A stretch of DNA of 63,789 bases, filler included, from Polymyxa betae A26-41 (Eukaryota; Protista; Endomyxa: Phytomyxea), in assembly GCA_003693705.1 (NCBI GenBank). It is 6 parts of 6 records of this genome, joined end to end, with 100 filler letters (N's around TTAATTAATTAA, not from the genome) between each part and the next. Parts side by side here need not be neighbours in the genome. Positions count along the whole stretch, not along the records: positions 10,709 to 21,971 come from RBZT01000232.1; positions 22,072 to 34,441 come from RBZT01000932.1; 4 more parts are not named here. One strand, 5' to 3'. Positions 13,090 through 25,899 of this stretch are shown one piece after another. How positions within the stretch are numbered: the first letter of the stretch is position 1; each line of letters begins with the position of its first letter. Under the pieces are notes generated by a model, which was not told the origin of the DNA, ran no database searches, and was given only the letters and a program-made list of their open reading frames with translations. The position numbers were made by a program, and so were the translations under genes.

Positions 13090-16000
13090 TATTGGTTCCA
13101 ATGTATCTATCGTTGGTTGTTTATTTCACCGGAAAAAGTGTTAAGTTACAGCAGCCGTCTGCCTGTGATGGGAGCGGCCTCCTGGATCGATCCTGCCCTA
13201 TTTCCTGACAGTTCGTACACGTCAGGCGAGATCTACTGGAGACAGTCACAGTCTGTCAGCTACTTCTGTTTTTACTAAACCATTTTTGTTTATTCGTCTA
13301 AAATTTATCTGCTTGTCAACTGTGATCCCAAGACATCCCAATAGGTTATGGGCCCAGGGACAACAAGCTGGTCCAGATCATCCACGATAACAACCGGCAC
13401 TAAAATGGTGACGCGGGAAATTAGATCTGCAAATGCATTGACACCATTCACGCTCAGTTCCAGCAATTGGCTAATATGTCGTCGCGCTGTACTTGCCGGA
13501 ATGGAACAAATCAGCGCACTGGACATCCTAAGAGGAATCGAAAGGAGACCCTGCGCAACAATGGAACCTCAGACGAACCCGAAGCCAGAGCCAGACACCA
13601 AATATGTCGAAATTCTGCAAACCCAACTCATTGAAGCACCCCACCAGTACAAAACCGCATTGAACGCGTTCAAGGCAGACAAAGCCGGGGCCGAAGAGGA
13701 CGAGGCCAGCATCGACAGGGGGACTGCAGTCGTCGAAGCTGAAGCAGAAGTTGATGACGCCGAGGACGCTTAACTTTGAGGGCAAATCAGCTGCTGACCT
13801 AATTCCATGTCGAAAACCAGTTAATGGCGTTGACAGTATCGGACAAAGACGATCTTGAGCAGTTCCTCAACAACGTCCGACTGATAGAGACGCTGATGGA
13901 AAGCTGTGGAGTCCCCTACTCTGATGCGAGGATGTTCTTAACTGTCGCTCAGAAGCTCCCTTCAAGAATGCACGGCCTCATGGATCAATTCCTGTACGGA
14001 CAGAAAGAACGTCAGAACTTCTCCTCCCTGGAGCAAGCTATCTGCGAATTCGCGAAGAAAAATTTAATCAAACGTGAGCCAGAGAAGGCGAATTTGGCTA
14101 AAAAGAACGAGCACAAACCAAAATGGTAACACTGCAAGCGAAAAGGCCACAAAAAGAGAAAAACGATGGCGAAGAGTGGGACGAAGACACCAATTCGCAG
14201 CAGTAGATCAGCGACTCCACGACGAGTTGAGATACACACCAGACCCAACCCTTTCAATACTGGCAACATGCAATGTCTGCGGCAGCACACGTCACTAACC
14301 GTATTTCCTCAGCAGCCAATGGTCATCGGTCGCCTTACGAGTTATTGCCTGGCCACCAGCCGAATATCGGACACCTAAGACTTTCTGAATGCCGAGCGTA
14401 GGTCCACATCCCCGATGAGAAACGACTGAAACTCGACCTTAAGTCGTTAGCTGGCATCTTTCTCGGATACGCCACCGGGCAGAAGGGCTACATCGTTCAG
14501 GACTGTGAGAGCGGAAAGATAATGGTCAGCCGTGATGTCACGTTCGATGATAACCAATTCCGAGCGAAGATGTTGACAATGGGTCCTGCTCTTGAAGTTG
14601 TCAGAAAGCAGATTGGCGATGCCTTTGAAGGACCCAGCAACCGCAGCGATGGCGGGGAACGCGGAGATTCAGCATCATCTCAACCGATGATCATAGAAGC
14701 CCAAGGAATCGACGGCACTACCATCGACGTCCCGCTAAAACCTTCATCACGAGTAACATTCACAACCGATGCGATATGCTGACGAACAAGTTGATGAGGA
14801 GATACGGAATGAGTGGAAAAAGCACTCACAACACAAAGCCCTTCTCGTTAAGGAGCCAAAAGGTTACGAAGATGCTATCGAAGGCCAACATGTTGCAGAG
14901 TGGATAGAGGCTATGAAACAAGAACATCAGTCGCTGTTGAAAAACGAAACCTGGACCCTTACCCAGCTGCCACAAGGTCGAAAAACGATAAAATCTAAGT
15001 GGGTCTATAAGGTAAAAACCCGCGAAGACGGCTCCGTCGACCGATTCAAGGCGAGACTTGTCGCTCAAGGGTTTTCCCAACGACACGGCGTTGATTATGA
15101 TGAGAGTTCTCTGCGGTTGCAACTAAGGCCACAATCAGAACTTTAATCGGGTTGAAGTCGGAGGGTTGGCAAGTACTACAGGTCGACTTCGATACAACGT
15201 TTCTCAATGCGGAAGTGCTCGCCGATCTGTACATTTCCCAGCCGAAAGGATTTGAGCAACAAGGCGATCAGGGAGAGATTCTGATATGCAAATTGAGAAA
15301 GGCAATCTATGGGTTAAAGCAGGCTGGTTTGGCCTGGTACGATAACCTTTCCAAACTCTTATTGAAGTTAAATTTCAGGAAGTCGATACACGATCCATGC
15401 CTCTTCATCGATGACGCTGGTGTACTGCTCGTTACCTAAGTGGACGGTATCATTATCGCCTTGAAGTCAGTTGAGCTATCAAGAAAGTCGAAGAAGGAAT
15501 GGAGAAGGACCTGAGAATCAAGCGATTAGGAGACATTCGCCACTTCCTAGGGAGGAAGATCTCCAGGGGCCACCTCCGGCGTTACCGTCGTTGTTAATCA
15601 AGAAACGTATGTTTTTCAAGTTGTCGACACGTTCGGAATGTTGGATTGCAATCCTGCATCAACACCTGCAGTACACGGACCCTCAAGTCAGCAGAGCCAA
15701 CTTGGCCAAGGAGGAGACGTTACCTTTCCCTATCGCGAATGCGTTGGCAGCTTGATGTATATCGCGAACAGTACGCGCCCAGACATCGCTTACGCTGCTG
15801 ACTATGCAGCCGCTTCGTCGCAAACCCTTCAAATGATCACGTCTTAGCAGTTAAGCGGATATAACGTTTTTACGAGGAACGGTTGCCGCCGGTATCGTGT
15901 TCAGGAGCACAGAGCTCAAGGAAACCGTCGGGTATGCTGACGCCGATTTTGTTGGCCATTCTGACGATTCCCATTCAACGTCTGGTTATGAGTTCATCAC

Positions 16001-16494
16001 AAGCGGTCCGATTACTTGGTCATCGCGACGGCAGCGCCTAACTGCTCTTTCAACAACCGAGACGGTAATCTATGCATTATCAAAGGCGGCCAAAGAAGCG
16101 GTGTGGATCAGCAACTTACTCAAGGAGATGAAACATAAAGGTGATGACTGTTCGATCAAGATTATGGAGGATAACGCAGCCTGTTATTCATTGGTTACCG
16201 GGATAAAGGCGCCACACGTAAAAGCACCTTGCAGTCCGGATCGGGTTCGTGCGCGACCACATCGTGCGCGGGATCCTCAACGTTCAGCGATGCCCGACAG
16301 CGGCGATGCTCGCAGACCCGCTCACGAAGGCGCTCGGGCCGATAAAGCTCAAACAAAAGATGGATAGATTGTCTCTATGGGGAAGGAAGAAGGCTGCGGG
16401 CGCACTCCTGAACTTCTGTTTTTACTAAACCAATTTTGTTTATTCGTCTAAAAATTTATCTGCTGGTCATCTTTGAACCCAAGACATCCCAATA
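13090..16494 (+). mobile_element. Ty1/Copia retrotransposon, internally deleted, nested in the MULE
   Basis: 5' LTR 13090-13343; PBS GGTTATGGGCCCAG at 13344; gag with a degenerate Zn knuckle; integrase end (GIFLGY, SRDVTFD); RT (KARLVAQGFSQ, KAIYGLKQAG); RNase H (GYADAD, ALSTTE, IMEDN); partial 3' LTR 16412-16494. Confidence 0.93.
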
Positions 16495-17121
16495 AAAAGG
16501 CGCTGCGCGAGAAATTAAAAAGCAAATTCAAAGTTGATGAAGACGTTGTTGACAACAAGTGCGCAAGGACATGCTGGAGGTGTTACGCTGATTCCTCATG
16601 ATGAAATCAACAGCATTGGAGTACCGTATGTTCAATCACGATTAGATATTGATGAAGATAATCAAGCCAAACTGGACAAGTTCTGGCAATATTTTCAAAA
16701 TACGTGGATGAAGAAGTACAAACCTGACATCCGGATTATCCATCGAGTATTCAACAGCGATGAGTCACTGGCCAACCGGACCAATAATCCGTTGGAGAGT
16801 TACAATGGCAGGTTAAATCTTCTCTTTCCTCCGTCTGCGCTCAACTTAAAAGATTTTGTTTTCTAATTGCGAAATGACGCTGAGGCCAGGTTTATGGATT
16901 ATCTACATTGTATCCGGGGCGTTTCGGTCGCTCCGCGTCACACCGAGATGACATTATTCGACCCTTCATGCATTCCAACTGGGTACACGACATTTAAAGT
17001 GTCGAATGGTCATCACAGCCAAGATCGCGATGACATGTTGCTGGACACAGGTGTTGAGGAATATAACTTAACAGTGCAAACGTTTTTAAGATTTTCTATT
17101 AACAATTCCACTGTTGACTGA
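16495..17121 (+). pseudogene. MULE transposase, 3' part
   Basis: KALREKL, FWQYFQNTWM, RTNNPLESYN. Confidence 0.85.
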
Positions 17122-17640
17122 ATCCTGCAACTCTGAATCGAGCTTTAGCCGTCAATCAGGCAGAGGTTGCATGCAATCGAACATCGGAGGACTGTATTGA
17201 TGTCGGGGCTGATGGGTGTGCTGAGACTGCTGTCCGCTGCATGAATTCTTGTGATATTATGATTTATTGATTTTGCCTTGGTGCATACTATAGGCCGTCC
17301 TAAATTTCCTATTTTCTGATCATATGGCCAGATATCGAAAAAAAATTTCAATCAGAAAACGTGGATGAAGGCATCCGGCTTGTATCTAATTGTTATGATT
17401 CACTGGATGATAGCACTGCCACAACCGATCACGAAGCCGATCTTGAAGCCGCACAGGCGGAATACTAATTCGGATTGGTTTGAGTGAAGTGTGGCTAAGG
17501 TACCAGAATCTCTCGTGCGTAAGCACGGCCTTTAATCTACTCCAATGGCAGAATACCAGCAGAATGACAGTGATAAGCGTGTAGATATTTAATGGATATA
17601 TTGGATGCTTATGTTACCTAACTATACCTTGAAGTCATTA

Positions 17641-18876
17641 TGGGACCTATTGGTGTCATGCTGGATGGGTGCTGGATTGGATCTCAACAGCCAATTGTTC
17701 CATGTCAGGTGATTGCAGTTGGGATTAACTGATTTTTTTCGATTTGTTAACTGTTTCTTAGATGATGTCATGGACATTGACGAGATTCTTCAGATGAGTC
17801 ACAAATCCATAATTAAGTAGGCCGATTAGCCCAAAGCGTTGCTTTTAAGTTCCGCTGAAGAACATATCATCACGAATAGAAGGCCCAGATTGCTGCAGCA
17901 GCCCGTTCAATCTGTTTGCACAGACAGAGTTTTACTACCTAGGTCCACTGACTGTAGTGAAAGAGCATATGGAAAGATTGCTCATTGTCATGCCATCATC
18001 TCCAAGCAATGTCCAAGACAACGGTTTTGTGGGGGGGCTGAAATTTCACAATATCGGTTTTTTTGACTGGTGGCTCCAATCAATACCAATCCAGGCTACA
18101 CGATTTACATTATGAAATTAGGCCTTCGTGTCATGTCGTGTTCATTGCCCACTTAATCCGGAGTCAGCAGCAGTATGTGTGGCCGGATGAGCATGAATCA
18201 ACCTTCAGCCGAGTTTTCGTTGAACAAAACAATGCTCTGAAGAGCGGTACTGTATTTTTGACATGTATCTTCCCAATTAATAGATGTTTACAGCAGAAAC
18301 CTGTAAGAGGCTGGTTCAAGTAGAAAAATTGCGCCAAAGAGTAACGCGTATAAAAGAAATCTGACTGCGGGTCGAGAAATTTCGGTACCGCAATTTGTGA
18401 AGGCCGCGCTGAAGGCTGCGCGCACTGGCCAAAGGTTGCGCCGACCTGGCCATTAATGACAGCTCTAGACTTGACTACAGCTGCTGGCTGCTGCTACTTC
18501 GTCGGTCGTAAAACAGACGCCAAAAGTGGCAGGAAACCTAGAGGCGATTTTCGCTGGAGCAACGAAATAGTAAAGGCTTTATTGAAGGCGAAATTTGTGG
18601 ACTATAATGAGACAGAAGTGCTGACAGCTGCTGTTCAGATAGACGCATGATGAGGCCAGTATGTGCAAAGAATAGCTGTAGCGCCTCGGAATGCACCCTC
18701 TGATGGTGGATTCCGGAATTGCGCATCGGAATTGCGCATCGGAATTGCTGCACTCTCCGGGAAACGAAATCTGATTGTCTGGAAAACGAATTGCGGCTCA
18801 CGCATTTTCTGTTGAGAATTTCACTGGCTCTCTAAATCACTGCGCAGTTTAAACTGCGCTCCGGAGTTAGGTCCCA
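17641..18876. mobile_element. Non-autonomous DNA transposon (probably Harbinger-derived) with short TIRs and a Myb/SANT-like fragment
   Basis: TTA|TGGGACCTA ... TAGGTCCCA|TAA inverted ends; FRWSNEIVKALLKAK at ~18545-18600. Confidence 0.5.
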
Positions 18877-20377
18877 TAATCCCTGTTCATAAATAGGAGT
18901 GCTCTTCAGACCATTAAAACATTAATAATTATTAATCGAAGTTCAACAAAAGGCCGTGTATTGTACACGAGAGATTCCGCTACCTTAGCCCTTCTTCGTT
19001 CACCCGACAACACCAAATTGTCGGTTATTCACCCGAAACCAGTCTTACCCCAACATTTTCTACTTGAAGCAGGATCTAACGTTGGCCGTGGTCCCACAGC
19101 TAGGTCAACCCCGGAAGAAACTGAAATCAACGGTCATTTTTTGAACCGGAAGGAATTTCACATTATATAGCTTACCGAATGCGATATTGATGAGCCCTAA
19201 TGCAGATGTGGTGCAAGGCACCAGCACTCAACATAATGATGTACAGTCGTCAGGATATCAAACCGGTCGATCAGGTAATGTGTGCGATAATGTAGTTAGA
19301 AATTGTGCCAAATTTTTCAGAGCGTTACCGAGTCATGCTGTGAGAATGTCAAGATCGCTATCCGATGAAGCGTTCCAGAGTTGATACTGCCCCAAAAAAG
19401 TTGATAAGAGCAGCCTACAAAAAAGTCGATTGTAACATTTTAGCAGTTTAGAAATCCGGGCAGGAGATTACATTTCTTATTGGAGACCCGGTTTCGTTGT
19501 TGGACAACCCAAAAACTATAGAAATGCTATTATTTTGGAGGTATTGTAAATTTAATTTAGATGGATATGTCGCGAAATGTCGATCACAATGTTTGCTGCC
19601 TTAGGTTTATAGCAAAGAAGATATCGGAGCAGGTGTTTGATTCGAGTTGAGTTCAGGCGACCTTCTAACCGCTGATCTCTCTGTATTTTATATTTTGCAA
19701 AGGCACGACCGTCCTCTGACCATATAACAGCATTTTAGATTGTACTTCATCATCTTACTAATCCATTAATGAGGCCAATTCCTTCATTCAAATCTCGAAT
19801 TGATGACTCTGGATTGCGTCTATCTGATAAAATTCGTGAATCTGTTGTTGAGTATCAAACAATGTTAGGGCAGGACCCTATGACTGCACACTTTGTGAAT
19901 CACGAGCTTTTCGAAGATCGAGTATCTAATCGTTTGAGCATATGACATCTACGTGTTAGCGCCGTCAGACAAGAGCTCGAACAAGGCCGGCCTCCGTTGG
20001 TCAAAGACGCAGTCGTAGAATGACCGCTCAAGGGAACACGAACACTGCGTCAGCCAAAAAACAGTGCTTGGTGTCTACCCGGGCTCTGCGGTATGTACAA
20101 GGAACAACATTTCCAATTGACTTACCTGATCTCGACAGAAACCGAACGTAGGATTTGTTTGAAAGACAGCGGATGTTTGACTCGCGAATGTATTGAAAGC
20201 TTATGTTGAGGGAGGCCTCAACATTAGGTCATTTTCAAGAAAGTAGGTCAATTTGTAGGTCAAAAAAAGCTGCGCACGGAGTTGATCAATTTGCTGTGCG
20301 TTGGTCAATCGTAGACTATTAATAGGGGCCAGCTGGACCCTCCAAAAGCAGCAACACCATAACTGCGTTAAGGAACT

Positions 20378-21581
20378 TTGGGCTACAAAGCGTGCCCTCG
20401 AGTTATGGGGCGAGGCCTGGATTGGGAAACCATTATTATACGCACTGACAACCTCTCAAACGTAGATGCCATGGTTGCTAGACGTAGTAGGACTGACGCA
20501 GGTATGGCTAAAATCCTGCGCGAAATCTTCCTAGAACTGAAATTCCGATGTCGAATAATACTCCAGCACATTCCCGGTGTTGAGAATGAAATTGCGGACG
20601 CGTTATCCCGTAACGAAATGAAGACGTTTCACAGCTTATGGCCATGGCCCGATGTCCAGGTCTCCTGGTGAGCATTAGTGATGGTTGGCCGTCCACATCA
20701 TGAGACTTAGCGAAATATTTCCACTAAAAATCTTTATTCGGCAGTCGGTTTAGTTATCAACGACCTTCAAAACCTAGCATTACGTAGGTTTACTTTTATA
20801 GGCACGCGGTGGGCGTGCGACAAACCAGCGGCGGGCTTGAACAATTCTGCAGAAGAAGAATCATGACAATGAGACGCTCGATTCCACTGAGCCCATCAAC
20901 AAATCATCAAAGGCGGGCAATCAGGGCCCAATCAGCGCCCACAAACTAGCAGCAATACAGCAGCTTCAGAAATATTAGACCATTCCAGAGACATTGTCTC
21001 AGCAAACGTAATCAACGGCGGATGTGCTCAGCCGCGTTGGCAAATCAGGTTATGGACCGCCGGCTCAGATGAGATGACAGCTCGAGCGAACGAATTCCTC
21101 GATAAGATCCGCGACCGGTGTGTTCTCGAAGACCCAATCATGCGGCAAAATCGCCCCGAGCTAATCGAGATAGCAGTAAGACAAACAAGTTCCGTCACGA
21201 AAAGAAGGTTTTACACCCCATATCGAGTAATGATGCATGTGCGTCCCGCTATCTTCAGCAAATTGTTGATGCGAGGACCAATCGGACGCTACACCGCCAT
21301 TATTTCAGGATATGAATTTGAAGCCAATCATACGGAAGTTCACCGAATGGTTAACCAAAAACGTGAATGCAGTGGAAATCGATGAGTCGCGCTATGCAGG
21401 CCATAGCTTGCGCATTGACGGCGCCACGGAATTGGATGAGATGGGCGTGGAGGTCCATCTGATCCAAGCGCTTGGACGCTGGCGATCGTCCTGTTACCAA
21501 ATTTACAAGCGCACGATTAACTATGAAAAGCTCGCGGCTTGCATAATGATGTATGAGCGATCGCGCGATCCACAACAATAA
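20378..21581 (+). mobile_element. DIRS/Ngaro-type tyrosine-recombinase retrotransposon remnant (RNase H plus YR)
   Basis: RNase H IRTDN...HIPGVENEIADALSR; YR YAGHSLRIDGAT...IQALGRWRSSCYQIY. Confidence 0.85.
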
Positions 21582-21764
21582 ACCATCTTAGAACCAGCGC
21601 GTACAGCAAATGCGGTCAGAATAACCGATAATAGTTGGCGGAAAAGCGGGAGAGGCCCAGCACAGCGGGCTGCGCCTTTTACCCTTCCTCGGCTATTCTG
21701 GCCAAGCGGACTGCAGTACGTCAATAATCCTTGCAGTAATCATTACAGCGCTCCAAAGCGGGCC

Positions 21765-21971
21765 CGGTTCATATACAAGAAGAAAGCCGAGATTGTTGCC
21801 AAGGTTCTCGAAGATGAAGGCAGACCAAAGGGAAATCATCGTGGTGTGTCTGCAGCCGTCCAGCGAGTATCTGAGGAAACGGGCATTGCTCATAACACCA
21901 TTATTGGCTAGATGAAGAACATGGAGAATATTTGTGACATGGCAGCATCCTCATCAAACTCGTCTAAGAAA
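21765..21971 (+). pseudogene. Possible HTH DNA-binding N-terminus of a pogo/CENP-B-like transposase
   Basis: KKKAEIVAKV...VQRVSEETGIAHNTIIG*MKN helix-turn-helix pattern; cut off by the gap. Confidence 0.35.
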
Positions 21972-22365
21972 NNNNNNNNNNNNNNNNNNNNNNNNNNNNN
22001 NNNNNNNNNNNNNNNTTAATTAATTAANNNNNNNNNNNNNNNNNNNNNNNNNNNNNNNNNNNNNNNNNNNNAAACAAACAGAAAAGTTCCTAAACCCTAC
22101 CATCACTCGCCTTCGTTGATCCGATGTGACCACGGACAAGGACAGAACTCTGTTAAAGGCTAAATCGAGATCGGAATATTGCGATCTTGTGGGCAACTTC
22201 ATTGCTGGAACGTTACTAGCAGAGAAACCCCGTGGCGGCTCAATTTTTGGGACTGATCTCATCAGCGGCCTTGGAACGATCCCCCAATTCGACCACGGAC
22301 TTTTGGCGGACCCCCGGACGCCTGACAGACCCTTCTCATTCCGGTTTTCGATCGTCTATCCGACC

Positions 22366-22840
22366 ATGGCCTCTTTTCGATCAGTCGTCGCACTGGCTCT
22401 GATCGTCGCCGTTCTGTTACCGCGTCTGTCACCAAGTTGGCTGCGCCTCCATCACTGACGATGACGTTACAGATGCGCGGGGCCAACAAGACCCCGAACC
22501 GGAATCGTCGCCGGCGGGCGCGTCCGTCCCGACGGAATCATCCAGCTCGGGTTCGTAACGTAATCGATACGCAGTGTAACGTTAACCATGTTATGTTACA
22601 GCTTCGGTCGAGCAGCAGCAGCTCACGGTCCTGAACCTGCTCATGCTGATGGGACATCTTGCGGATCCCACGGCGTTTCTGGAGGCGGACGCGTCCGAGC
22701 CGACTCCGACGACGTCGCCGCGGAATGTTCAGCGTCAGCTGAGTCGTACTGTAAGTGGCAGCAGTCACGGGAACGAGCGAGCCTCAAGGTTGAAGGAGAA
22801 AGCGAACTCGCCCAAATCTTTCCGGAAAAGCCGTCGCTAA
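22366..22840 (+). CDS. Small secreted protein (128 aa, 3 exons), candidate effector
   Basis: Exons 22366-22435, 22473-22550 and 22602-22840 join in frame via GT-AG introns of 37 and 51 nt; signal-peptide-like MASFRSVVALALIVAVLL..ARG; basic tail FRKSRR. Confidence 0.7.
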
Positions 22841-23206
22841 ATGCGGCACCTTTTATCAAGATAAATTTCCGTCATTTTTTTAAATTATTTTGAGAAAATA
22901 TTTTGATCTTTTTTGAAAGCTTTCAAGAAAGCTTTTTCGATTTCGAATGTTGTTAGCGGGGCCTAATGTCGAATAATACGATAAGAGAGTGGTTTATTGA
23001 GAGAACATGTGCGTAAATGCTGTTTGTACATTTATTGCATCACCCTCTCAGGGAGTTTCGGATTCCTACGGCGATTCTGCTACCAGGAAATGATTTTCCA
23101 ATTAATAAAACGGTTTCGTGTTTATTCAGACCAAAATCCACAAACAAGAACTGCAAATTTTCTTTTTCGGAAATTCGTGAAAGATTTTCGGAACTTTCGG
23201 GAACTT

Positions 23207-24766
23207 TTAGTAGCCGACTGAGAACTCGAGATTATGCACGTTGATCCATTGATGCGGTTTCAAAGCGATGGAAAAATCGTCGAACAGCATAGTCCAGGCT
23301 TTGAGGCTTTCGTCTTTAAGGAACCCTCCCTGGACCAGATCGCAGAGCTTCAGAATGCGCGTGCTGACGCCGACCGTCTCGGCGGCGGCGATATACGCGA
23401 ACTCGTCCGTACGGCGATTAAACAGGTCGCCGGCGTAAGTCCGCGAATTCAAATCGCAGTTGAAGACGGTTTTCAGCTGCAAATCTCCGACGATTTCGTG
23501 ATAAAAAGTCGAGACGAACAGCGCCACTTTTGTCTGCAGTTTGAAATCGTCGGGAAGTTTGTCGGCGACGACGCGCTCCACGAATTTGTCGACGGCGACG
23601 TAGATGGGCTCGGCGACGCGTTTCCAATGATCGCAGCGACTGTCGATGAGGAAGGTCTTGATATCGGCCGGCGTCTGTAACGTTGGATCCGTTACAAGAT
23701 CCTTGATCAGCTGCGGGAACGATTCGTCTGAACAGAGAAGATAAGTGCAACGAAAACCCTAAACCCTAACGACGAAAAACCCTAATCGACCAAATCCTCA
23801 TAAAAAAGTACCAAAAACCAGAAAGGAAAAGTCATCCCAAAATCGAAACCCTAAACCCAAATTCCTTCCACTATCCAAACCACTGTTTCACCAAAAATCC
23901 GTGAAAAACTCCGTACCTGCGAATCCGAATCCCATCTTGAACAGCGACCCCTTATTACCGACCAGGACCGGGACGTTATTATTCACGTCATTGGTCCGGT
24001 ACGTGCACAGGTAGTACAGGTCCCGGAGAACGGCGTCGTTCTCGATGCGCTCCCAGTACGTCGTACTGGCCGCCATGTACAGTTTCTGCGCCACCAACAG
24101 GTGACAGACGACGGCGTGGCAGTGGACGACGTCGTCGAGGATGAGCGTGCTGCGGAACACGGCGAGGGCGACGTCGAAGCCGTCGTCGCCGGCGCGAATG
24201 CCGTCCACGGACACGACGTTGAAGTCGGCGTCGACGACGGCGCGGCCTCCGTAGCGGCGATACGGCGCCCGGACCGCGTAGCTCCGGTACCGGTCGAGGT
24301 CGACGACGTACCGGCCCGCGTCGTCGCCGCGCGCCGGCGCGTCCTGCAACCAGAACGACCCACGGCCTTGGAGGAAATGCCGCAGGTCGCGGAACTCGCC
24401 GACCTCCTTGACCGGGTAACGTGAGTCGAGCAGCGCGCCGACGAGCTCGTCGTAGCGCGGGTCGTCGTCCAGGTCGAGGTCGTACTCGACGCTGTTCATG
24501 ATCAGGTCGAGGAGGGCCATGCGGCGCGCGTATTTCGGGTGCGGAACCAGGTCGTACAGGCCCAGCGGCCGAATCGTGTCGACGAGACGGTTGTCGGGCA
24601 ACGAACTCATCCGGAACTGATCGTCGACTGGCTGCTTGATGATGACGTTCAGATAGGTCTGGAGGAAGGCGCCTTTAGCGAGGCGGGAAGGGCGCTGAAG
24701 GCGCTGCTGCAGGTTGTCGCGCAGCTTGACGAGCTTGGCGGTCGCCAGTTCGAAGTTGATGTTCAT
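23207..24766 (-). CDS. Divergent lipoxygenase-like protein (456 aa, 2 exons)
   Basis: Intron 23728-23916 joins the two ORFs in frame; FRS..VHCHAVVCHL (H-x4-H), TYRTNDVN, TFYHEIVG (third His), C-terminus LEFSVGY. Confidence 0.65.
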
Positions 24767-25899
24767 GACGACGATCGACAGGAATGAAGATTGGCGGAAA
24801 GGGCGTTACAGCCGATCGGAGGTATCGTTGCAATTGCGTAACGTGTCCAGGTGAATTTTTCTGGAACGCGAAGTTTGTTGTGCTCCACACAATCGGATGA
24901 ATCTTTTGGAAGCGTTGAACAACGGACGCGAGGCGACCATCACGCCTTCCTCCACGCAGTATCCAATCCTCTTCCTGATCGCGTCAGTTACCAATAACCC
25001 TAAAACCCTAACCCTTCTGCGCTGTTATGATGGACGAAGCAGCTGTATCGGATGTGAACTTTCTCTCCATATTTCGTGTCCATCTTTACGTCCCTTTAAT
25101 CATGATTCAGTCCGTTCCTTCGACTGATGTTGGGAACAATTATCCAAATATTCTCCTAAATATGTTGGATATTTTGTATCAGCGCTGAATCAAACTTTTG
25201 AAATTGCTCAGTATTATTGAAGGACTACAATATTTTGTTACGCTATATATTTACTGATTGATTTTTTTTCTTGAAAATGATGTTATTCTCATCTCAATGC
25301 ATTTTTTGACAGCATTAGAGAAATAGGCGTAACATTTTTAGACCATTGTCAATTTGTCACTCAAGTGCATGTTACATTCTTACACGGCCCTGAGTAACGT
25401 TACGATGTCGAGACCGCCGAACTAATAGCGCAATCCATCCGATGAAGTGCACAGCTGCAAGCAAATGCAGTTCGCGGGGTGGTTCCGCATCAGGTTATGA
25501 TTCGACGGGATGCGAAGAATCTGACAGCATCATATTGCTCTGTTTTCAGGTTTCCGAACCTAGTTCTTTTAGCGTCTTAAAACTAGACTCAATTGAAACT
25601 TTTTGAATTTTTGATTCTGTCTTCTACAAATACTGAGTTGAAATCACCTTCAAAATGGAGCGCTACCTGCTGAGATTGTCTTTGTATTAAATTTCGCATT
25701 TCATCTATTTTATTCCATTTAGTCAATGTTATACCGTCGTCAGTTTTTCTCATTTAATCTGAGAGGGTTGCGCGCAGGATCAGCCAAGGATTAGGGTTTG
25801 GTTGATTTGAATCTTGGGACGACCTGTATGTATCGCAATGAGGAAATCCATCGACCCGGAATCGTGATATTCATGTTACTTGGTGTACAACGAGTTTAT

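Noticed and set aside
23234-24787. Long antisense ORFs over the LOX-like gene
   Set aside because: Expected shadows of GC-rich coding sequence
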